This document shows, one piece after another, positions 53,706 through 64,000 of a stretch of 64,000 nt of DNA. Positions within the stretch are counted from its first letter, which is position 1. Every line of letters begins with the position of its first letter. Below the pieces are notes generated by a model, which did not search any database, had not been told where the DNA came from, and saw nothing but the letters and a program-made list of their open reading frames with translations. The position numbers and the translations under genes were made by a program. Source of the stretch: Octopus vulgaris (Eukaryota). The stretch covers positions 113,460,001-113,524,000 of the forward strand of contig OX597819.1 in assembly GCA_951406725.2 (NCBI GenBank). Reading direction: 5' to 3'.

Positions 53706-54433
53706 GTGTGTGTGTGTCAATATACAAACACATAAACACCCAAATACAGACATAGCAACCCCAAGAAAAATTATCTCAGCTGTCCCTTGTTATTCAAAAC
53801 AGTAAGTGACAAAGAAGGAAAGACAGGTCCTGGTGTGGTGTGTGTGCGGGGGAGGAGGAATCAGTGCAAAGAGGTGGGTTGGTGACCCCCAGAAATCCCC
53901 CCACAAACACACACACATACACCAAACCTCAGACCTTTTAAAATGTCATCTGATATATTAGGGAATGATTGTGTCTCTAGCTGCAACAAGGGGTCTAAAG
54001 ATATCAAATAGGGCACAGATGTTAAACATATTTTTTATCTCATTTCTGTGTGTGTGTGTGTGTGTCTAAATGCTATTATACACACATGCATGCGTAAGTG
54101 TATATAAGTCTATACATATATTTCATGTATGTATGTATGTGTAGGCATGAGTAGTTATATATTATGTGTCTGTACTGTGAAGGTGCTGAAAGAAAAAAGA
54201 GCAAACCCGAATATGAAAGGAGTTACATGAATACACACAGTAAAGATGAATGAAGACACACACACATATATACACACATTTAATGTGTGTGTGTGAACAC
54301 ATTTTAATGCTTTTCTTAAAATTATGACTACGATTAACCCTTTTATTACCATATTTTTTGAAACATGCATTCTTTGTTTGAATTAGTTTTGGAAATAATA
54401 ACAAACTTATTAAAATAACTTTGTCCTTATTAA

Positions 54434-54648
54434 CCCTTTCGTTACTGTATTTATTTTGAGATGCTCTGTGTTTCTTTCAATTACTTCAGATATAACAAAG
54501 AATTTAGTAGAATAACTTAGTTATCATTAAGCAAGTTTTAGGAACATAAATTGTGAAATTGTGGAAGATTTTAATTCAAAACTTATGAAAACAAGACATT
54601 TGTACTACAGAGCCAGGGGTGGTTTCAGCTAGGTTGGTAACAAAAGGG
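54434..54648. mobile_element. piggyBac-type MITE with the same TIR family, nested in an older related MITE starting near 54338
   Basis: ttaa-ccctttcgttac ... gtaacaaaaggg-ttca; a second ttaacccttttattacc end at 54334. Confidence 0.7.
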
Positions 54649-54714
54649 TTCAAATGGAAGTTTTTGGGCTTAGATCACTTTAAAACAGAATCAGGGCCAG
54701 TTTCAGGCAGTTGA

Positions 54715-55280
54715 TCGTTTAAAGTCTGCTTTCCATGCTAGCATGGGTTGGACGTATGACTGAGGACTGGTGAACCAGATGGCTGCACCAGGCTTCGATC
54801 TTTATCTGGCAGAGTTTCTACAGCTGGATACCCTTCCTAACGCCAACCACTCAGAGAGTGTAGTGGGTGCTTTTACATGCCATCGGCATGGGGCCAGTCA
54901 GGCGGCACTGGCAACGACCTCACTCAAATCTTTTACACATGCCACTGGCACGGGTGCCAGTAAGGCGATGCTGGTAACGATCACGCTCAAACGGTGTCTT
55001 TTACGTGCCACCAGCACGGAGGCCAGATAGCCACTCTGGCAATGATCATGCTCAGATGGTGCTCTTAATACCCTACTAGCACGGGGCTCGAGTGCCAGTA
55101 ATGTGACACTGGTAACGATCACGCTCGAATGGTGCCTTTTAAGTGCCACTGGCACGGAAGCCGGTTAGCTGCTTTGTCAATGATCACACTCGTATGGTGC
55201 TCTTTGCACCTTGCTAGAACGGACGCCAGTCATCGAATTTGAATTTGATTTTTGATTTCACTTGCCTCAACAGGTCTTCT
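54715..55280 (-). mobile_element. RTE 3' UTR copy with diverged tandem units
   Basis: Common tail at 54715-54880, then repeated ctggtaacgatcacgctc..ggtgc units. Confidence 0.75.
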
Positions 55281-55994
55281 ACAAACCATTCTACTGGCTG
55301 GCGCTCCATTGGTTACAATGACAAAGGTTCCAGTCGATCAGATCAACAGAACAGCTTTAACATGAAAGTGCCTGAGCACTCCACAAACATTCATGCCCTT
55401 AACATAATTCTCGGGGAGATTCAGTATGACACAGGATATGATAAGACTAACCCTTTTGAAATACAAGTACTCCTCATTTTTGTTAGCTGAGGGGACTAGA
55501 GCAACATGAAATAAAGTGTCTTGCTCAAGGACACAACACGTCACAGGGTATTGAACTCATGACCTTATGACCATGAGTCAAACACCTTAACCACTGAGTT
55601 ACATACCTTCACTGTATAAACATTACCTACTGTAGAACTCAATACATTGGGTAGAGTTGATAGTAATATCTACTATAATCAAAGGTTGACAGTCAATTAG
55701 GAGTTCCAAACAGACACACACACACACAAGCACATACAAATACACAAAAGTATACACCAGCAGACATACACACACACATAAAAGCACACACATTCATTTG
55801 AAGATGATTTGCTTCAGTGCCTCTGTCAGTTTTTGCCATGTGTGACCCTCATATCTGCATAAATAAAACTTCTAATATCTCTATATAAATAAACATACAT
55901 CCATTATTTCGGGGTAACTTTTCTGTTATTATTAATATATTCCACTGTACATTACCAAGAACTTTGTGTGTGTGTGTATACAAGCATGTGTATG

Positions 55995-56038
<44 letters not shown>

Positions 56039-57054
56039 CATACATTTGTAGATATACACATTATATGTATTGTATACACACACATACATGCGTGTACATA
56101 CATATACATAATCATTGAATACATATATATATTTATTTGCACACAAACACACTCAAGGGGACATTGCTGTGAGTTTGACTAACAAAACCTTTCTAGAATT
56201 GACACTAGTCGAACTACTGTCTACTACATTTAATGTTACAGTCTGACTGCAGACAGAGAAGGACAGACAGGGCAATGCTTAATAATGTGATGTTGCTATC
56301 CTTTTGAACCACTGACTGTATGATTCAGTTATCATCTTCAACAGACGATTATCAACAAAAACTCACAGACCAAACAGGATATATGAATACAGATGGAAGT
56401 TTACACAAACTCAGTAACATTTGTAAAGCAACTATATATAGATGGATTGATGTGTGTACGTTTGTGTGAGTGAATTAACTTAAGGTTATTATTCTAAAAA
56501 CAAGTCTGGGATTAACAAGAGAACATTTACTGATGGGGAAGACTCAAAACCGAGTGTAGTGTCAAATTTATTATAAAATTTGTTTTGACTGGGAATTTAA
56601 GTTTTGCTTCTTGGTTGATTCAAACAGTTGAATAAGCTGTCATGTGGAAGCTCCAATCAAAACAAATTGCCGTGGAGGAGGCAGCTGCAACTCAATTTCA
56701 AGCGATTCTATTACTTGATCCCTTCTCTTAAAACAGCATGAATGCAGGTTTTCAGTCCTGCCAGGGACCTCCTACACTCTTTTGTGCAGATGTGGCAATG
56801 ATGGGTGCCTCTTACAGGTGTTCAGAGAACTTACCACCCACACAGATACAAGCCTTCATTCCATCATGGAATTTTTTTATTGACTGTTTTGCCCTTTTTT
56901 TTTTTTGGCTACACCCAGCCACAGAATGCAACACATAAAAGAGATGTTAAAAATCATGCGATGTCAGTGCCAGAAGATTTTAAAGTGAAGAAAGGCCAAT
57001 CCCACTCTCTGAACAACAAATGCATTTGCCCGCCCAAAAAGAATTACTACTCAT

Positions 57055-57732
57055 CAGTGGTTCTCAACCATTTTTTGCCTGTGGACCCTTTTGATTCTTA
57101 TTTTACTCTCATTTTACCCCTTAGCCACTTAAAAATCCTGTTACATTTTTATAACTAAATATAAGGAATTGTATTAAAAAATGTATAAATATAAGGAATA
57201 ATTGTATAAAAAGGAGTGGCTATATGGTAGGTAGCTTGCTTACAAACCACATGGTTCCGGGTTCAGTCCCACTGCGTGACACCTTGGTCAAGTGTCGTCT
57301 ACTATAGCCTCGGGCCAACCAACGCCTTGTGAATGGATTTGGTAGACAGAAACTGAAAGAAGCCCGTCGTATATATGTATATATATCTATGTATATATGT
57401 ATGTATGTGTGTGTGTATATATTTGTGTGTCCGTGTTTGTCCCCCCAACATCGCTTGACAACCAATGCTGGTGTGTTTGTGTCCCCATAACTTAGCGGTT
57501 TGGCAAAAGAGACCGATAGAATAAGTACTAGGCTTACAAAGAATAAGCCCTGGGTCAATTTGCTTGACTAAAAGGTGGTGCTCCAGTATGGCCACAGTCA
57601 AATGACTGAAACAGGTAAAAGAGTATATCTTGAGTATTATAGAAATATAACTGACTTAGTGCCCATAATTTTTAACAACTAAATCTCATCTGGACCCCCA
57701 AGGATCATCTGGACCCTAGTTGAGAACCGCTG
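57055..57732. mobile_element. hAT (Charlie-like) MITE containing a nested SINE
   Basis: TIRs cagtggttctcaac / gttgagaaccgctg, internal ggaccc repeats; SINE at 57212-57624. Confidence 0.7.
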
Positions 57733-58825
57733 TTCTACATCACTGGATGCAAACAAAGTCACAAGGGTTACATCAGTTTTCCTTCCAGAAAGATGTCTAA
57801 ACAAAGATTAAAAGTCTTTCACTTCCACCAGTTGGTTGGATGTTGACTCTACTGAATTCATCGGCCCTTTGACAGGTTGTTTTTGTCCTGCAGTTTCTTC
57901 AATGAAAACCGTCCTCCTTACCAAGTAGGCTTTGTAGGGTAGTACTGGGTTACATGTTACCCATAGCATCTCTTATCTTTTATTTTCAACTTATTTCAGT
58001 CATTAGATTACAACCATGCTGAGACACTGCCTTGAAGGGGTTTAATTGAACAAATCGTCCTCAGGACTTAATTTTAGAAGCCTAGTACTTATTCTAACTT
58101 TTTTTTTTTTTTGCCGAACTGCTAAGTTATGAGAATGTAAATACACCAACATTGGTCTTCAAGCAGTGGTGGGGGACAAAAACAAACACACACACACACA
58201 GTACAAGGTATTTCATTTGATGTTCTAACATTTTCACCAATCTACCACCTTTGGTTAGTACTTTACTTTTTGACCCCAGAAAGAATGAAAGATAAAGCTG
58301 ACCTTAGCAAGATTTGAACTCAGAATGCAAAGGACCTGAACAAGTGCCACAGGGAGTTTTGTCTGATGCTCTAACATCTCTACCAATCCGCTATCCTTAG
58401 TCGGATTTGAAATCACAGAGCAGAGTTTCAGAACAGATATCACAATGCATTTTCTATGATGCTCTAATGACTGTCAATTTACTACCTCTTTTAGCTGCTA
58501 TTTCTAACTGGTCGTGTGACCACATAGAATGAGGTTGGCTCATTTGTTAGTTACAGTGCTGGACGTTGAAGTAGTAACATCTGTGACAGAAGGATACACA
58601 TTGGGATAGCATTATAAGCAACAATGACAATCTACACATGACTTCTATCTTCTTTCTTAATGTTTTAACAAGTGAATTTAAGTGGTACTTATATACTATA
58701 CAAAAAAAACAAACTTTCCTCATCATTGCAGGCACAGGCGTGGCTGTGTGGCCAAGAAGCTAGTTTTACAACCACTTGGTTCCAGGTGCAGTCTCAGTGT
58801 GGCACTTTGGGCAAGTATTTTCACA

Positions 58826-58864
<39 letters not shown>

Positions 58865-60104
58865 GTATACATATATGATGGGCTTCTTTCAGTTTCCATC
58901 TACCAAATTCACTCACAAGGCTTTGGTCAGCCCAAGGTTATAGTAGAAGACACTTGCCCATGGTGCCACACAGTGGGTCTGAACCCATGAACCCAGAACC
59001 ATGTAGTTGGGAAGCAAGCTTCTTATCACACAGCCATACCTGGACCTATATATATATACACACACATACATTCACACATATATCATCATCTTCACTTAGC
59101 AGCCATTTTCCATGCTGGTATGGGTTAGATGGTTAAACTGCAACTGGTAAGCCGGCGAGCAAGGGTCCAGTGTCTGTTTTGGCTTGGTTTGCTTGGCTAG
59201 ATGCCCTTCCCAACAGCAACCACTCCACAGAGTGTGGTCGGTACTTTTTACATGTCACTGGCACATATACATACGTCTTTTATCTTTTACTTGTCTCAGT
59301 CATTAGATTGCGGCCATGCTGGGGCACCACCTCGAAGAATTTTAGTCGAATGAATCAACCCAGTACCCTTTTATTTTGTTTCTAATCAGTCAGTAAAAAG
59401 GTCCAGGGTTCCATAGAGACAGATAAAGGGTCATGAATACCTGACAGGCCTGCCCTTTCCTAAAAATAAAAAAAAACTGGCACCCTTCAATTTTGAGATT
59501 TGGTAAGGGAGACCCAGAAATTCCATATTGCAGAGCTTCTCGCAGAGGTCCTGTATGCAAACATACATATGTACATGTGTGCATGCATGCTTGTATATGT
59601 GTTCACAGCACATCAACACAGTATGGCACAATTATTAAGAAGTTCAATTTACAATCATAAGGTCCCAGGTTCAATCCCACAACATAGTATCTTGAACAAG
59701 TGTCTTTTACAATAGCCTCGAGTTATCCCAGGCCTTGTCAATGAATTTAGGCAGACGGAAACTCTGTGGAAGTCTGTTGGATGGATAGCATCTGTAATTC
59801 AAAAAGTCTAAACTTGTCACAGTATTATAATGATTCTGCCAGAGGAAAACATTATGGGTGCACATGTGTGTGGAATACTCAGCCACTTATACACTAATTC
59901 AGCGATTAAGGTGTTCAGTTGGTTGAACAGCTTAAAATACATTGAAGAAACAAAAGGAGATTTGGGTACTTTTTATATGTGGCACAGTGAGAAAGAGAGA
60001 ATGCATGTGAATGTGTGGAACATAGAAAGGATGAATGTGTGTGTGTGTGAGTATGACGCAGACTATTTGTGTGTGGGAGGGGTGGGTGACTGTGACAGAG
60101 AGTA

Positions 60105-60892
60105 TATATCGTTATTATTATGCAAAAGTATCGTAAGTCCAAAACATTGCTTTTTCAGAAAACGAAAAAAATAGTTTCACCATTCCATTTCTTTTTACAT
60201 TAGCAACAGTTTCGGCATAACAATAATACTTTGTTGGGTGCATAACAAATCGTAACTCCATACATGTATGATATCTTCAGGCAGAAATATTTTTGCAAAA
60301 CTGTCATATGTGGGACTTACTACACTTTTGAAAAATGCTAAACCGTTGTACTACACTTTGACAATTTTCGATATCTTGACATCAGAAGCAGTTGGCTATA
60401 CAATATTTTGACCAAAAGAACTGGGTATTGTAAGCAAAAATAAATATTGAAAAAAAGGGCATTTAGCCAAAATTTGGACATACGACAGTTTAACATAATA
60501 GCAACAATATATATATCGTTATTATGTAAAAGTGTCGTAAATCCAAAACGTTACTTTATGTCAGAAAACAAAAAAATAGTTTCACCATTCCATTTCTTTT
60601 TACATTAGCAACAATTTCAGCTTTGCAATAAAACTTTGTTGGGTGCATAAAATTGTAACTCCAGGCATGTATGATATTTTCAGTCAGAAATATTTTTGCA
60701 AAATTGTTGTATGTGAGACTTATTACACTTTTGAAAAATGCTACATTGTTGTACTACACTTTGACCATTTTCATCTGAAGCAGCTGGAGATACGATAGTT
60801 TGATCAACAGAACCAGCTATTGCAAGCAAAATTAAATATAGAAAAAAAAAGCATTTGGACATACGACAGTTTAACGTAATTGCAATGATATG
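60105..60892. mobile_element. Two tandem diverged copies of a ~390 bp TIR element (MITE-like)
   Basis: Units at about 60105-60510 and 60513-60892. Each has atatcgttattat..gtcgta.gtccaaa at the left end and its inverse tttggacatacgacagtttaac.taat.gcaa at the right, flanked by TA. Confidence 0.65.
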
Positions 60893-60914
60893 TATATGTA
60901 GCAGTGGAGGAAGG

Positions 60915-62072
60915 TGGAGAGAGAGCGAAAGAGAGAGAGAGAGAGTGAGAGAGAATGCATGTGTGTGTACATGTGAACATAGAGAGGAAGTATGAATGTG
61001 TGTGTGTGCGTGAGTATGAAGCAGAGTATGTGTATGTGTATGTGACAGTGTGTCAGAGAGCATATATGTATATGTAACAGTGAAAGAAAGTAGAGTGAGA
61101 GAGAGCTAGTGTGTATGCGTATGTATGCATGTTTGTGTATGTGTGGAACATAGAAAGATGGTGTATGTGCATGAAGCAGTGTGTGTGTGTGTGTGTACGT
61201 GTGACAATGTGACAGAATGTGTATGTATGTGTGTGTGTATGTGTATGTATATATACATGTATGTGTGTGTGTATGTATATATACATATATGTGTATGTGT
61301 GTGTGTTTATGTATTTATGTGTGTATGTGTATACACGACAGTGACGGAAGGCAGAGAGAGAGAGAGAGTGTGTGTGTGTGTAAAAGAATCTGTATATGTT
61401 TACAAGTGTATAATGAGAATGCTTGAGAGAGAGAGAGAGAGAAAGAAAGAGAGAGAGATAGGGAGAGAAAGAGAGAGAGAGGGAGAAAAAGAAAGGGAGA
61501 GAAAGAGAGAGAGAGAGAGAGGGAGAAAAAGAGAGAGAGAGAGAGGGAGAGAAAGAGAGAGAAAGGGAGAGAAAGAAAGAGAGAGAGGAAGGTAGAAATG
61601 GTATGTGTGGAGATACATTTGTCTAAGACAGGGAGGGAATAGAAGGGAAAGTGACAAAGAGAGAAGCAAAACGTGTGAGTATGTGTGTGTGTGTGAGAGT
61701 GCGTGTGTGAGTGCGTGTGTGTGTATTCTGTGAATGTATGTATGTAAGCTTGTGTGTGTTTGTATGTGTGTGTGTGTCTGTGTGTGTATGCATGTAAGCT
61801 TGTGTGTGTTTGTATGTGTGTGTGTGAGTGCGTCTGTGTGTGTATGCTGTGAATGTATGCATGTAAGCTTGTGTGTGTTTGTGTGTGCGTGTGTGTGTTT
61901 GTATGTCTGGGTGTTTGCATGTGTGTGAGTGTGTGTGTGCCTGTGTGTGTATGTTATTAATGCATGCATGTAAGCTTGTGTGTGTTTGCATGTGTTTGTA
62001 TGTGTGTGTGTGTGTGTGTGTTTTTGTGTATGTTTGTATGTGTGTGTGTGTGTGTGTGTTTTTGTGTATGTT

Positions 62073-62105
<33 letters not shown>

Positions 62106-62281
62106 CTGTGTGTGTATGCTATGAATGTATGCATGTAAGCTTGTGTGTATGTGTGTTGTGTGTATGCTTATATGTTTGTGTTTGTGTGTGAGTGTTTGTG
62201 TGTCTCTGTGCATGCATGTGTGTGTTTCCGTGTGTGTGTTTGTGTTAGTGTGTGTGTGTTTATGTGAGTGTTTGTGTGTCT

Positions 62282-62319
<38 letters not shown>

Positions 62320-62320
62320 T
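60915..62320. repeat. Long degenerate (TG)n / (GA)n microsatellite field with recurring atgcatgtaagcttgtg
   Basis: Directly visible. Confidence 0.9.
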
Positions 62321-62459
62321 GATCAAAGGGAACTGAAACAATCAACACTGTTGAAGTGTAAATAAAGTTTAGTGAAGGAGAAACATTCCACAAATTGGTA
62401 ATTTAGTCTTTTTTCTTTTTTCAGACCAACTCAAGTTAGAAATCATTATAACCATTATT

Positions 62460-62896
62460 TAGGGCAGTGGATTAATAAAATCATTAACAAATCAGACAAA
62501 AGCTCTGGTGGTATTTAGTTATGGCTGTTCACCTTCTGAATTGAAAACCACAATGAAATTAACTTTGCCTTTCATCCTTCCAGGATAAATAAAATTACTG
62601 GAGTCATTAATAGTAATGACAAACCCCTGCCCTCAAAATTGCTGGCCTTGTGCATAAATCAGAAACCATTATTAAGGTGACAAGCTAGCAGAACCGTTAG
62701 CACACTGGATGAAATGCTTAGCAGCATTTCACCTTTCTTCATGTTATGATCTCAAATGCTGTCAAGGTTGGCTTTGCTTTTCATGCTTTTGTAGTCGATG
62801 AAATAAGTATCAGACAAGCATTGGGGTTGATGTAATTGACTAGCCCTACTCCCTCAAAATTTCAGGCCTTGTGTCAGTAGTAAAAAGGATTATCAC

Positions 62897-62941
<45 letters not shown>

Positions 62942-63577
62942 CATTAAGGTGGTGAGCTGGCGGAATCGTTAGTGTGTAGGGCGAAATGCATAGCGGTATT
63001 TCGGCTGCCGTTACATTCTGAGTTCAAATTCCGCCGAGGTCGACTTTGCCTTTCATCCTTTCGGGGTCGATAAATTAAGTACCAGCTACACACTGGGGTC
63101 GATGTAATTGACTTAATCCGTTTGTCTGTACTTGTTTGTCCCCTCTGTGTTTAGCCCCTTGTGGGTAGTAAAGAAATAGGTATTTCATCTGTCTTTACAT
63201 TCTGAGTTCAAATTCTGCTGGGGTAGACTTAGCCTTTTGTCCTTTCGGGGTCAATAAATTAAGCACCAGCTGTGTATTGGAGTCGATCTAATCGACTGGC
63301 CCCTTCCCCAAAAATTTTGGGCCTTGTGCCTAGAGTAGAAAAGATTATTATTATTATTATTATTAAGGCAGCGAGCTGGCAGAATCATTAGCACGCTGGG
63401 CAAAATGCTTTGCGGTATTTCGCCTGTCTTTACATTATGAGTTCAAATACCGCCGGGGTCAACTTTGCCTTTCATCCTTTGGGGAGTCGATGAAATAAGT
63501 ACCAATTGCGCACTGGGGTCAATGTAATTGACTATCCCCCTCTCCCAAATTTCAGGCCTTGTGCCTATAGTAGAAAG

Positions 63578-63620
<43 letters not shown>
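62460..63620 (+). mobile_element. Cluster of tRNA-derived SINEs of a second family with (TTA)n tails; other copies at about 9080-9342(-), 35760-35975(+), 39590-39800(-), 48795-49203(-), 51735-51945(-)
   Basis: ggcgagctggcagaatcgttag head, gagttcaaattcc B box, central gtcgactttgcctttcatcctttcggggtcgataaa..agtacc domain (Meta-domain-like, from recall), repeated head-to-tail. Confidence 0.8.
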
Positions 63621-63624
<4 letters not shown>

Positions 63625-64000
63625 AAAAGTGCAGGTGTGGCTGTGTGGTCGCAGATTCAGTCCCACACACATGACACCATGAGCAAGTGTCTTCTGTTAT
63701 AGCTCCAATCTGACCAAAGCCTTGTAAGTGGATTTGGCAGATGGAAACTAAAAGAAGCCCATTGTAATATATATACATAAAATCCACTTTCCCATGCTTG
63801 CATGGGTCAGATGGAGTTTGTTGAGGCAGATATTTTAAGGCCAGATGCCCTTCCTGACACCAGTTATCACTTGTTTCCAAGTAATGTAATATCTTCTCGT
63901 GGCTGGACATGTTTTCACAGAAGACTGGAAATAAAGGACACCACTGGTATGATGACGGCACTCGTATACAAAGCATCATGTGATATCTTCACAAAGGTAT

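Noticed and set aside
56500-57960. Unique-looking sequence around the hAT MITE, possibly a decayed transposase or exon
   Set aside because: No diagnostic motif could be read with confidence.
18712-64000. Search for upstream MMAB exons (KIYTxTGDxG, GxxDEL, IQCxLQDxG..ATP)
   Set aside because: None found by eye; they are probably beyond the window, but a short diverged exon could have been missed.

Overview
Repeat-dense, AT- and microsatellite-rich animal genomic DNA, most likely octopus or another coleoid cephalopod. That assignment is inferred from the tRNA-derived SINE families and the abundant RTE-type LINE with (GAT)n tails. Host-gene content is small: two coding exons of MMAB (cobalamin adenosyltransferase) on the minus strand (302-366 and 18614-18711, ~18.2 kb intron) and an intact single-exon class A GPCR (33250-34173, minus), possibly nested in the upstream MMAB intron. 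The rest is mobile DNA: RTE LINE copies and tail fragments, a CR1/L2-group LINE inserted in a MULE transposase relic, an internally deleted piggyBac, Tc1/mariner relics and MITEs, hAT-like MITEs, three non-autonomous Helitrons, SINEs, and Penelope-like fold-backs with hammerhead ribozyme motifs. Most ORFs in the track are microsatellite or SINE artefacts. The standout is a ~1.55 kb fold-back (37011-38562) of a gag-like zinc-knuckle ORF1. Its two arms differ almost only by changes that read as A-to-G on the minus strand in BOTH arms, with 5'-G avoidance. This looks like ADAR A-to-I hyper-editing of a hairpin RNA that was written back into genomic DNA.
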